From a bacterium HR21 (GTDB lineage Bacteria > Bacteroidota > Ignavibacteria > Kapaibacteriales > HRBIN21), in NCBI GenBank assembly GCA_002898295.1, contig BEHX01000003.1:108754-172753 (forward strand): a stretch of DNA of 64,000 bases, given 5' to 3'. Under the pieces are notes generated by a model that had not been told where the DNA came from, ran no database searches, and worked only from the letters and a program-made list of their open reading frames with translations. The translations under genes and the position numbers were made by a program. Every line of letters starts with the position of its first letter. Position 1 is the stretch's first letter. Of this stretch, positions 1 to 8,178 are shown piece by piece.

Positions 1-1
1 T

Positions 2-358
2 GCCCGCGTCATTCACGGCTTCTCGCCAACGCTCCGCGGAGCACTCGACTTCGAGTACTTCTTCACCGAATCCGGGCACACCTTCTGGACGCTCGATGGC
101 AATGCCCACTACATCTTCTACGAGCAGCGGCGGCAGGGACAGCGTCTCTACGGGCTTTTCGGACTGCAGTATGCTCAGGAAAGCCTTGATCTCGGCTTTA
201 CCACCGCCAGCAATTCCGAAATCGGGCTCAATCTCGGCATCGGAGGCGAGCTTCGGCTCGACTTCGGCGCAGCTTTCGGGGAACTCAAACTCGTGCTGGG
301 CAATTACGACCAGCTCGTCCTCCTTGCCGGACTGCGCTTCGGGCTGGGGGGTCGGTGA
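2..358 (+). CDS. Outer-membrane beta-barrel protein, 5'-truncated by the window edge
   Basis: Frame 2 reads ARVIHGFSPTLRGALDFEYFF...QLVLLAGLRFGLGGR, TGA at 356-358. Alternating amphipathic strands. Not in the ORF track because it has no start. Confidence 0.75.
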   Translation, partial: ARVIHGFSPTLRGALDFEYFFTESGHTFWTLDGNAHYIFYEQRRQGQRLYGLFGLQYAQESLDLGFTTASNSEIGLNLGIGGELRLDFGAAFGELKLVLGNYDQLVLLAGLRFGLGGR

Positions 359-373
359 GAAACACGCAATCCC

Positions 374-381
374 TAATTTCG
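374..381 (+). promoter_or_regulatory. Bacteroidota-type -7 promoter element (TAATTTCG) upstream of the TPP riboswitch
   Basis: Matches TAnnTTYG and ends 5 nt before riboswitch P1. Confidence 0.6.
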
Positions 382-386
382 CGGCA

Positions 387-479
387 GCTCCGTTGGGGGT
401 GCTTCGCCTCTCGAAGGCGAGGCTGAGAGGATACCCTTCGAACCTGATCCGGGTAATGCCGGCGTAGGGAAAACGGAGC
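387..479 (+). ncRNA. TPP (thiamine pyrophosphate) riboswitch
   Basis: Conserved GGGGTGC...GCTGAGAGG-ATACCCTT-CGAACCTGATCCGGGTAATGCCGGCGTAGGGA core. P1 is GCTCCGTT(387-394)/AACGGAGC(472-479). Confidence 0.95.
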
Positions 480-538
480 GGTAGCGAACCCGCCGTTCGT
501 GCTGCACGCCTCTCAACGCCTCCCTTTCTGCGCAAGCA

Positions 539-583
539 CCTCCACACGGACAAGTGGTGTGTCCAACCGAACGTGTGGAGGGA
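539..583 (+). promoter_or_regulatory. Shine-Dalgarno-sequestering hairpin (riboswitch expression platform)
   Basis: CCTCCACACG(539-548) pairs perfectly with CGTGTGGAGG(572-581), which covers most of the SD GGAGGGA(577-583) upstream of ATG 591. Confidence 0.7.
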
Positions 584-590
584 TCGAGCC

Positions 591-2966
591 ATGCGCGCTG
601 TCCATCTCCTTGTCCTCGCTCCTCTTGCTGTATGGGCGCAGCAGACCGACGAGCGCACCGACACGCTGCGCCTCTATCAGCTCCCTGCCGTCACGGTCAC
701 AACGACGCGGGCAGAAGCTGGGAAAAGTCCCGTTCCCTTTGCGGAAATTGAGCGCAGCGACATTGTCCAGCGCTACACGGTGCAAGATTTCCCAACGCTG
801 CTCAATGCACTTCCTTCCGTCTTCGTTTGGTCGCAGAATGGGAACCAGATTGGCTACTCCACGCTGGTCATGCGCGGCTTTGACCAGCGGCGCATTGCGG
901 TGCTCATCAATGGGGTGCCGCAGAACGACCCGGAAGACCACAACGTGTACTGGATTGACTTTCCGGACTTGGCTGCCAGCGTGGGCTCCATCCAGGTACA
1001 GCGGGGCGCTGGGCTGATCAACTACGGCGCTGCTGCCATCGGGGGAAGTATCAACATCACGACCTCGAACTTCCTGACCGAGCGCGTCATCCGAGTCAGT
1101 CTCAGCAACGGATGGCAGCAATTCGGTGCCGCCGGGAAAACCGTTCTGCAGCCGACCGTCCAGCGCTATGCTCTGGAAGTCTCTTCCGGGCTTCTCGACG
1201 GGCGCTACGCCATTTACGGGCGCATGGCGCGCATCAACTCCTGGGGCTACCGGGACCAGAGTTGGGCGGAACTCAACAGCTACTTCCTCAGCGGGGCACG
1301 CTTCGATGAGCGCCTCACCACGCAAATCAACATCTTCGGTGGTCCACTTGCCGACGGGCTGACCTACTACGGCATCCCGAAGGAACACATCAAAGACCTG
1401 ACACTGCGCCGAAAGAACTACGCCTGGTGGGAATACGACAGCACCTACCGCCAAATTGGCTTTGCCGTCGAACGGCGTCCGATCGAGCTGGAGAACTTCT
1501 CCCAGCCGCACTACGAGCTACTCAACGACTGGCGCATCACCGACAGCCTCGAGCTCAAATCCGTGCTCTTCTACTACACCGGCGATGGCTTCTTCGATTT
1601 CGATGGCTCCTGGGCGGATGCACGAACCCTGCGCTTGACCCGCGAGTACGGCTGGGACTTGCCCGATACGGTCTACCCACGCAACGCCGTCATTCGGGCA
1701 TTCGTAGGCAATAAGCAAGGCGGCTGGATCCCTCGCCTCGTGTGGAAACACCGCTCGGGTGAACTCCTGCTGGGGGCAGAACTCCGGCTCCACCGCTCCG
1801 TCCACTGGGGCAAAGTTCGCTATGCCGAACTCCTCCCCACGAACTTCGACCCTGAGTACAAGATCTACCAGTACGAGGGTGTCCGTGACATTTTCTCTCT
1901 CTTCGCTCGTGAACAGTACTGGCTCTCCCCTCAGCTGGCACTCAATCTCGAAGGGCAGCTTGTCCATCATAGCTACCGTATTCGCAACGAAAAGGCAGGC
2001 AATCGCTACACCTGGTACCTTACCCGTTCCGGAGACACTGTCTGGGGCAGCGGGACGCTGTTCGATGTCCGCTATACGTTTGTCAACCCTCGGCTGGGCA
2101 TACTATGGCGCCCAACTCCCGAACAGGAGCTCTTCACCATGATTGCTTTCACCTCTCGCGAACCCCGGATGCGCAACCTCTATGCTGCCGAAGACTCCTA
2201 CTTCGGCGCCCGCCCGCTGTTTGAAAGCGATACCGTCGGTGGTGTTCCCCGCTACGACTTCTCTAAGCCTCTGGTCAGACCCGAACACATGCTCGATATC
2301 GAGCTAGGGTGGCGGTACCAGTCCGAACGTCTGCGTGCCTCTGTGGGCGGTTTCTGGATGGAGTTCTTCAACGAGCTGGTCAAAAGCGGACGTGTCGATG
2401 TCTTCGGCGCTCCCATCGACGGGAACGCTCCCCGGACACGGCATATTGGGGTAGAACTCGATGCTGCTGCCGAGCTGTTCCGCACTCCCCGGTGGGGTTC
2501 CCTCACGGTCGGGCTTGCCGCAACCTTGAGCCGCAACCGGATTCTGGAGTACACCTACTACAGCGGGAGCGGAACGCCCTTTTCGCTCAACGGCAATCCG
2601 GTTGCGGGCTTCCCGGATATACTGCTCTCGGGATACCTGCGCTACCACGTCGGACGCCTCCAGGCACAACTGCTGGTGCGCCACGTCGGGAAGTTCTACT
2701 CGGACAATTTCGGTAGCAGGCTTGCCGAATACGCTGCCCAGGATCCCAGTATCGCCGACTATCGGGACAACGTCGTTGACCCTTACACGGTCGTGGACGT
2801 GGATCTCCGCTGGGGAATCCCGCGGCTGCTCGGAGTGCAGCAACTCATCCTACGAGTGCAGGTCCACAATCTGTTCAACGCGCTCTACGCCGCTGGAGCC
2901 GAAGGGCGCCACTTCTTCCCCGGTGCTGAGCGCTTCATGCTCATGGGCGTAGACCTGGAGTTCTAG
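591..2966 (+). CDS. TonB-dependent receptor, probably for thiamine
   Basis: 791 aa from ATG 591. Signal peptide, TonB-box-like AVTVTT, plug motif (RGFDQRRIAVLINGVPQNDPE), C-terminal Phe (GVDLEF). Directly behind the TPP riboswitch. Confidence 0.9.
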   Translation: MRAVHLLVLAPLAVWAQQTDERTDTLRLYQLPAVTVTTTRAEAGKSPVPFAEIERSDIVQRYTVQDFPTLLNALPSVFVWSQNGNQIGYSTLVMRGFDQRRIAVLINGVPQNDPEDHNVYWIDFPDLAASVGSIQVQRGAGLINYGAAAIGGSINITTSNFLTERVIRVSLSNGWQQFGAAGKTVLQPTVQRYALEVSSGLLDGRYAIYGRMARINSWGYRDQSWAELNSYFLSGARFDERLTTQINIFGGPLADGLTYYGIPKEHIKDLTLRRKNYAWWEYDSTYRQIGFAVERRPIELENFSQPHYELLNDWRITDSLELKSVLFYYTGDGFFDFDGSWADARTLRLTREYGWDLPDTVYPRNAVIRAFVGNKQGGWIPRLVWKHRSGELLLGAELRLHRSVHWGKVRYAELLPTNFDPEYKIYQYEGVRDIFSLFAREQYWLSPQLALNLEGQLVHHSYRIRNEKAGNRYTWYLTRSGDTVWGSGTLFDVRYTFVNPRLGILWRPTPEQELFTMIAFTSREPRMRNLYAAEDSYFGARPLFESDTVGGVPRYDFSKPLVRPEHMLDIELGWRYQSERLRASVGGFWMEFFNELVKSGRVDVFGAPIDGNAPRTRHIGVELDAAAELFRTPRWGSLTVGLAATLSRNRILEYTYYSGSGTPFSLNGNPVAGFPDILLSGYLRYHVGRLQAQLLVRHVGKFYSDNFGSRLAEYAAQDPSIADYRDNVVDPYTVVDVDLRWGIPRLLGVQQLILRVQVHNLFNALYAAGAEGRHFFPGAERFMLMGVDLEF

Positions 2967-5062
2967 CCAACACGTTCCAGGAGCCAGCGGACTTCCCCAA
3001 AGGGTCCCAGCGCAATGCGAATCATCCGGCTGCGCTGGAGCATACCGTAGCCGGGTGATACCCAGTCGTCGAGGCACTCCGCCGCTGCCGAGCTGCAGAA
3101 GCGGAGCGTGCCCGCTGAACTCCTCCAGAGCATCTCCTGTGGACCCCGAAGCTCGAGGCTAACACCGGGAGCAAGGTGGAAGTGTAAAGCAGCAGGCGCT
3201 GAACCCCAGTATTGGTCTATCCCCTCTATGCCCTCCGGGAAAAGGCGCAAAGTCCGGCGATGCCGGTAATGCGGGTGCTCAAACTCCCCGACAAACTCCC
3301 GCTCGCTGCGAGAAAGGATGCGAGCATGCACGCCCCGCCGAAAGAGCCAAAAGAGTGCCTCTGATGAATGCCCGAAGAAGCGGAATTGCTCCTCGCCGTG
3401 CACGGTCAGTGTTGTATGTGCTGCTGTTGAACGGAAACGGTTCCGCCACTCGGCAGATGAGCCGTAGCAGTACGTTCCTGGGTCAATGAGGATCTCCGAG
3501 TCCCTGAAGGTGAGCTCAAGCGAGAGCTGATCGCAGTGCATATGCCCTCCTGAAGGATGCATGCCCGCCAGCCCACCGCATCGAACTGTCAGCATGTATT
3601 CCCCCCAGCGGTAGACCACCACCCCGAAATCCGGGAAAACCTCAACCGGAGCTACTGTGCCGAGCTCCAAGATAGGCACACGCGGGAAGAGCCACATCTC
3701 CGGCTGCTGTTCCCACTCCGGCGGACACCCACGACAGAGTAGTGCTGCAAGCCCCAGTGTCGGCATCATATCGCGGGGATTCTCGTGGAACTCTGCCGCC
3801 GCAGAGCAAGCAGGCGGGAGCACGTAGGTTTCCGTCTGACACGGCGAGCTCCACACCCAACGCGGAATGGGCTTGAGCCAGCGCCCACTATCGTGATCGC
3901 CAATCTGTGGTGCCGTCCCGTTCGGCTTCGTCAAGGCTGCGGCAAAGTGCACCGCTGCCCGTAAGCGCTCCCAGTATTCCGGCGGGAAGGGCGAAGTCCT
4001 CTGGCTCCCCATCAGTGGGTACTCTGGAAGAGGAGGCGGGGCTAGCGGACGCTCCCCGTGCCAGAGATGCACCGCGTAGCGCCCAAGAGCCTGCACCCGC
4101 TCTGGAGGAAGTGCCAGGACAAGCGCTGTCCCGTACAGCGCCATTTCCAGCACAAAGCGGTGGTAGTACACCGACCCCTCCCAATGTCCCCCATCGGGAA
4201 GGAACTGCGTGAGTACTTCGCTGATCAGCTCCCGTATGCCGAATGCCAGCCACGTATCAGCCACAGGGACTCCCTGCAACGCCACCCCAAGGCTCAGCAA
4301 GCCCACGACATTTCCCACGTAATGGTTCCCTCGCAGTCCGCCGTTCCATTCCAGATGGCGCATCAAGAACTCCCCGTGCTCGAGGAAGCTGCGGAACAGC
4401 AAGCGCTCCAAGGAAACATCTACGAGTCGCACCTTCTGAGCAAAGTCCCAGAAGAGCTGGAGCGATACTGCCCGAACAGCCACCTCAAGCGGTGATGCCC
4501 ACTGAATGCCAGAGCCCGGCGGGTTCTGCACGAGGAAGTCCACAACTCGCAGACGACACCACTCCAGAATTGTCGCCGCTGTCGCCTCCTCCAGATGAGC
4601 AAACAACACCAGCGCTGGCAGGAACTGTAAGCGCCCGAGCTCCCACGGGACCTTCGGGTCCACCCCTAAGGGGAACGGACGCCTGGGGTGCCGCTCCGCC
4701 CAACGATAGCCTGAGAACACATCCTTGTGCCAATCCCACCAACGGAAGCCCTCCGGGACGGACACTTCCACACCGCCTACAGGCGGCTCCTGCTCCGGCA
4801 CAGAGAGCCAACACGGAGCGAAAAGCTGGATGTACCCTCCTCGGAGACGCTCCCACCATTCCCGGAAATGTGTCCGAAACGGCTCAAGCACTACCGCAGG
4901 CGGGAGCCGTACGAATGGCACAATGTTCCCTGTCCCCTCGCCGTACTGCTGGATCCGCGGTACCGGAGGACGACGCTGTTGCACGATCCGCTGCCACAAC
5001 TTTCGCACACGGAGCTGGACCGGCAGCGCTCGCCACTGCTCCCACCGAAACTGCCAGCGCAT
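2963..5062 (-). CDS. Heparinase II/III family protein
   Basis: DPKVPWELGRLQ, GNHYVGN, DGGHWEGSVYYH, GDHDSG, GGHMHCDQLS, IDPGTYCY and RSTAAHTT motifs. Start ATG 5062 (alternative GTG 5074). Confidence 0.8.
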   Translation of the reverse strand: MRWQFRWEQWRALPVQLRVRKLWQRIVQQRRPPVPRIQQYGEGTGNIVPFVRLPPAVVLEPFRTHFREWWERLRGGYIQLFAPCWLSVPEQEPPVGGVEVSVPEGFRWWDWHKDVFSGYRWAERHPRRPFPLGVDPKVPWELGRLQFLPALVLFAHLEEATAATILEWCRLRVVDFLVQNPPGSGIQWASPLEVAVRAVSLQLFWDFAQKVRLVDVSLERLLFRSFLEHGEFLMRHLEWNGGLRGNHYVGNVVGLLSLGVALQGVPVADTWLAFGIRELISEVLTQFLPDGGHWEGSVYYHRFVLEMALYGTALVLALPPERVQALGRYAVHLWHGERPLAPPPLPEYPLMGSQRTSPFPPEYWERLRAAVHFAAALTKPNGTAPQIGDHDSGRWLKPIPRWVWSSPCQTETYVLPPACSAAAEFHENPRDMMPTLGLAALLCRGCPPEWEQQPEMWLFPRVPILELGTVAPVEVFPDFGVVVYRWGEYMLTVRCGGLAGMHPSGGHMHCDQLSLELTFRDSEILIDPGTYCYGSSAEWRNRFRSTAAHTTLTVHGEEQFRFFGHSSEALFWLFRRGVHARILSRSEREFVGEFEHPHYRHRRTLRLFPEGIEGIDQYWGSAPAALHFHLAPGVSLELRGPQEMLWRSSAGTLRFCSSAAAECLDDWVSPGYGMLQRSRMIRIALGPFGEVRWLLERVG

Positions 5063-5093
5063 CGTGTGCGCCACGGGAAACTCACCCAGTTCC

Positions 5094-5101
5094 TAATTTC
5101 G
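5094..5101 (+). promoter_or_regulatory. -7 promoter element (TAATTTCG) of tRNA-Phe
   Basis: TAnnTTYG 12 nt upstream of the tRNA. Same CCTAATTTCGCG context as at 372-383. Confidence 0.6.
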
Positions 5102-5113
5102 CGCAGCCCCAGT

Positions 5114-5186
5114 GGTCAGGTAGCTCAGGTGGTAGAGCAGGGGACTGAAAATCCCCGTGTCGGGGGTTCGACTCCCTCCCTGACCA
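5114..5186 (+). tRNA. tRNA-Phe (GAA)
   Basis: GGTCAGG/CCTGACC acceptor, GCTC/GAGC D-arm, GGGGA-CTGAAAA-TCCCC anticodon arm, TTCGA T-loop. 73 nt, CCA not encoded. Confidence 0.97.
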
Positions 5187-5187
5187 C

Positions 5188-5221
5188 AAAAAACGAAGCG
5201 CCCGTTCGAGCACGGGCGCTT
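5188..5221 (-). terminator. Intrinsic terminator of the beta-barrel gene
   Basis: 10-bp stem AAGCGCCCGT(5196-5205)/ACGGGCGCTT(5212-5221). On the minus strand it is followed after 2 nt by a T6 tract (A6 at 5188-5193). Confidence 0.7.
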
Positions 5222-5245
5222 CACTGTTGACAGGCTCAGCGTGGC

Positions 5246-5875
5246 TTACCAGTAAATGGAGAGCGTAAAGGCGCCTGAGGGGGAGGTGGTAATGGTCGTC
5301 GTCGAGGGAGCATCTTGCTCTGTAGTGCTCCCACCAGCTGTTGTCTTCACCTTCCCCGAACTCGTTGAGAAGCTCAAACTGTAGCTGGCACCCAGCGAGA
5401 CGTTGCTCCAGGCAAACCATTCGGCACCGAGCGTCACGCCAGCCCCGAAGCTCGTCGTAGAGGTTTCCGTCTTAGTCCCGCTGACGTGCTGCTGATTTTC
5501 TACCGTCTGGCTCCCAAGTCCGAAGAACACCCCAACTCCGGCGTAGCCGACAACAGGACCGCTAGAGGCGATGTTGAAGCGGAGCCCAGGAGAGACCGTC
5601 AGCTGCAACTGGGACTGTTTCTCGTCCGCTCCGCCACTGCCGGCAGGCGCCTTCGTCGTCTGGCTTGCCGTCCCGAAGCCAAGACCGACAGTCAACCCCA
5701 AGTCATCGTTCAGATAGTACAGCAGCCCAATCCCTCCATTGTATCCACCGACCCCCAGATTTGAGAGCCCGGACAGCGTAAACAGCCACGCCTTGTCTCC
5801 CTGCTTGGTCTTCTGCGCCAACACCGCAGGCGTTGCCATCGCCGCAGCGAGCAGCAGAACAGCGACGCGCTTCAT
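5246..5875 (-). CDS. Outer-membrane beta-barrel protein (OmpW/OmpA-like)
   Basis: 209 aa. Signal peptide MKRVAVLLLAAAMATPAVLA, amphipathic strands, C-terminal FTLSIYW, SD GAGGT. Confidence 0.85.
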   Translation of the reverse strand: MKRVAVLLLAAAMATPAVLAQKTKQGDKAWLFTLSGLSNLGVGGYNGGIGLLYYLNDDLGLTVGLGFGTASQTTKAPAGSGGADEKQSQLQLTVSPGLRFNIASSGPVVGYAGVGVFFGLGSQTVENQQHVSGTKTETSTTSFGAGVTLGAEWFAWSNVSLGASYSLSFSTSSGKVKTTAGGSTTEQDAPSTTTITTSPSGAFTLSIYW

Positions 5876-5939
5876 AGCACACCTCGTACCCCTGGTTCAA
5901 CATACCACCCGGCGCTCACTGGAGCACCGAAGCCGATGG

Positions 5940-5947
5940 CAAAAATA
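5940..5947 (-). promoter_or_regulatory. -7 promoter element (TATTTTTG) of the beta-barrel gene
   Basis: Exact TAnnTTTG followed by C, 64 nt upstream of the ATG. Confidence 0.6.
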
Positions 5948-5985
5948 CGGCAGCAGCGTCCACTATACAACGGCTCTTGGGGTCC

Positions 5986-6135
5986 CTATAGCCCCAGACG
6001 GGAGAAGAGTTCCAGGAGGGTCACAGCAACCGCGCAGGCACCCAGGAGGAAAAGCAGGAAAGCCAGAACCCGCTGCCGCCGCAGCTTCCGACGAATTTGC
6101 TCAGGGGTATAGAAGTCTGCCATCCGCATCCCCAT
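5986..6135 (-). CDS. Small predicted single-pass membrane protein, 49 aa (not in ORF track)
   Basis: MGMRMADFYTPEQIRRKLRRQRVLAFLLFLLGACAVAVTLLELFSRLGL-TAG. Basic stretch followed by one hydrophobic helix. Fills an otherwise empty gap. Confidence 0.55.
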   Translation of the reverse strand: MGMRMADFYTPEQIRRKLRRQRVLAFLLFLLGACAVAVTLLELFSRLGL

Positions 6136-6288
6136 GCCTGAGGAAACTCTCCATACCCCCTTCTACGACGCAGCACAGCACAAGGTTGCCATGCCAGCAC
6201 GGCGAGGATGTGGAGTCAACTTTTGTACGGAACACCGTACAGCCCCGTGGCTTTTCGTCTCTGGCACTTGGACAGCACTCCAAGAGCC

Positions 6289-6966
6289 ATGTGTGGTCGG
6301 TACATGCTCGTCAGCTCGGGCGAGGAACTATCGCAGCGCTTCCAGGTAGCAGAGGCGCCTCCTGTGGAACGCTACAACGCCGCTCCACTGCAGTTTTTGC
6401 CCGTGATCTACCGGGAAGCAGGGCAGAACCGGCTTGACTTCTTCCGCTGGGGACTGACCCCGGCATGGGCAGCGGAAGATTTCGGCGGACGGCTTATCAA
6501 TGCGCGTGCCGAGAGCCTGCGTGAGCGTCCCAGCTTCCGCCATCTGCTCTCTCGACGGCGCTGCTTGGTCCCCGCAACAGCCTTCTACGAATGGCTCAAA
6601 CACCCCAGCGGGCGCTTCCCCTTCCGCTTCTTCCTCCCCACAGAGCCGCTTTTCGCTCTGGCAGGGCTGTGGGATGAGTGGTGCAACCCGGAAACTGGCG
6701 AACTCCTCCGGAGCTTCGCCATTGTGACCGTTCCGGCAAATGCACTCGTTGCCCGCATCCATGACCGCATGCCGGCAGTACTTACTCGCCAGGCAGAACA
6801 CCTCTGGCTCCACGAGCAAACACCGGTTACCACTGCGCTCAGCTGTCTCCAGCCGTACCCTGCCGATAGCATGGCGTATGCCCCCGCTTCTCGCCGCCTC
6901 AATCACCCACAGAACGACGACGCCTCCGTCCTGGCACCCGACGTCGAGCTGCCCGAACCTTTTTAG
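6289..6966 (+). CDS. yedK: SOS response-associated peptidase (SRAP/HMCES family abasic-site shielding protein)
   Basis: Starts MCGRY with catalytic Cys2 (ATG 6289). INARAES, FYEW and IHDRMPAVL motifs. Confidence 0.92.
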   Translation: MCGRYMLVSSGEELSQRFQVAEAPPVERYNAAPLQFLPVIYREAGQNRLDFFRWGLTPAWAAEDFGGRLINARAESLRERPSFRHLLSRRRCLVPATAFYEWLKHPSGRFPFRFFLPTEPLFALAGLWDEWCNPETGELLRSFAIVTVPANALVARIHDRMPAVLTRQAEHLWLHEQTPVTTALSCLQPYPADSMAYAPASRRLNHPQNDDASVLAPDVELPEPF

Positions 6967-8126
6967 GTAAAGGCTGGAAAGCCCGTAATGTCAGCCCCGA
7001 GGATAAGCGTGTGGATCTCGTGCGTCCCTTCGTACGTCTTGACCGATTCCAGGTTCATCATGTGCCGCATGACGGGGTATTCATCCAGAATGCCATTGGC
7101 ACCGAGGATCTCCCGTGCCATGCGGGCAACCGTGAGCGCAATATCCACATTGTTTCGCTTTGCCAACGAGACCTGCTGGAAGGTCATCTTCCCCTCATCC
7201 TTGAGCTGTCCGAGCCGGAAGCAGAGCAGTTGTGCTTTGGTAATTTCGGTAAGCATCCAGACGAGCTTGTCCTGGATGAGCTGGAAACTGGCAATCGGGC
7301 GCCCGAACTGAATGCGGGTTTTCGCGTAGGTGAGCGCCACCTCGAAAGTTGCCATTGCTGAACCGACAGCTCCCCAGGCAATCCCATAGCGGGCTTGCGT
7401 CAGACAACTCAACGGACCTTTCAGTCCGCGGACCTGCAGCATGTTTTCCTCCGGGATCTCGCAGTCCTGGAAGATCAGCTCGGAGGTCACGGACGCCCGC
7501 AGCGAGTGCTTGTTCTTCATCTCCACGGCGGTGAAGCCTGGGGTTCCTTTCTCGACCAGAAAGCCATGGACCTCGCCATCGAGTTTTGCCCAGACAACCG
7601 CCAGGTCAGCAATGGAGCCATTGGTAATCCACATCTTCGTGCCATTGAGCACGAAGCCATTGGCGGTACGGCGTGCCGTGGTCAACATCCCAGCTGGATT
7701 TGAGCCATAATCGGGCTCGGTCAGCCCGAAACAGCCGATAGCCTCTCCCCGAGCCAGTTTGGGAAGCCACCGGCGCTTCTGTTCCTCGGTGCCATAGGTG
7801 TAAATCGGGTACATCACCAAGGCGCTCTGCACGGAGACAAAGGAGCGAATGGCAGAATCGCCTCGCTCCAGCTCTTGCATGACCAGCCCGTAGGTGATGT
7901 TATCCGCACCAGCACAGCCATACTCCGGCGGGAGCGTGATGCCGAACAGTCCCAGCTCTGCCATCTTCGGCACCAAGTGCATCGGGAATGTTCCCTCCCG
8001 ATAGTGCTGCTCGATAATGGGGATGACCTCCGTCTCGACAAACTCCCGCACGGTCTGCCGGACCAGCTTCTGCTCTTCGGTCAGAAGGTCATCGATGCGG
8101 TAGTAATCCACGCCTTGAAATGCCAT
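6963..8126 (-). CDS. gcdH: Acyl-CoA dehydrogenase, glutaryl-CoA dehydrogenase type
   Basis: GCFGLTEPDYGSNP, NGTKMWITNG, ARYGIAWG, YEGTHEIH. 387 aa from MAFQGVDYY. Confidence 0.85.
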   Translation of the reverse strand: MAFQGVDYYRIDDLLTEEQKLVRQTVREFVETEVIPIIEQHYREGTFPMHLVPKMAELGLFGITLPPEYGCAGADNITYGLVMQELERGDSAIRSFVSVQSALVMYPIYTYGTEEQKRRWLPKLARGEAIGCFGLTEPDYGSNPAGMLTTARRTANGFVLNGTKMWITNGSIADLAVVWAKLDGEVHGFLVEKGTPGFTAVEMKNKHSLRASVTSELIFQDCEIPEENMLQVRGLKGPLSCLTQARYGIAWGAVGSAMATFEVALTYAKTRIQFGRPIASFQLIQDKLVWMLTEITKAQLLCFRLGQLKDEGKMTFQQVSLAKRNNVDIALTVARMAREILGANGILDEYPVMRHMMNLESVKTYEGTHEIHTLILGADITGFPAFT

Positions 8127-8163
8127 CCTCCACAGCGCTGCTTGTGCTCCAATCCACGGAGCA

Positions 8164-8171
8164 CAAAAATA
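8164..8171 (-). promoter_or_regulatory. -7 promoter element (TATTTTTG) of the acyl-CoA dehydrogenase
   Basis: Exact TAnnTTTG in the 52-bp gap. Overlaps a 9-bp inverted repeat (8142-8166). Confidence 0.55.
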
Positions 8172-8178
8172 CCGTGCC

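Noticed and set aside
96-467. 123-aa ORF in the track overlapping the riboswitch
   Set aside because: Ser-rich off-frame reading of the truncated beta-barrel gene and the riboswitch.
5114-5245. tRNA-Phe or tRNA-Met as integration sites of an island
   Set aside because: No integrase, no duplicated tRNA 3' end noticed, and no compositional shift on either side.
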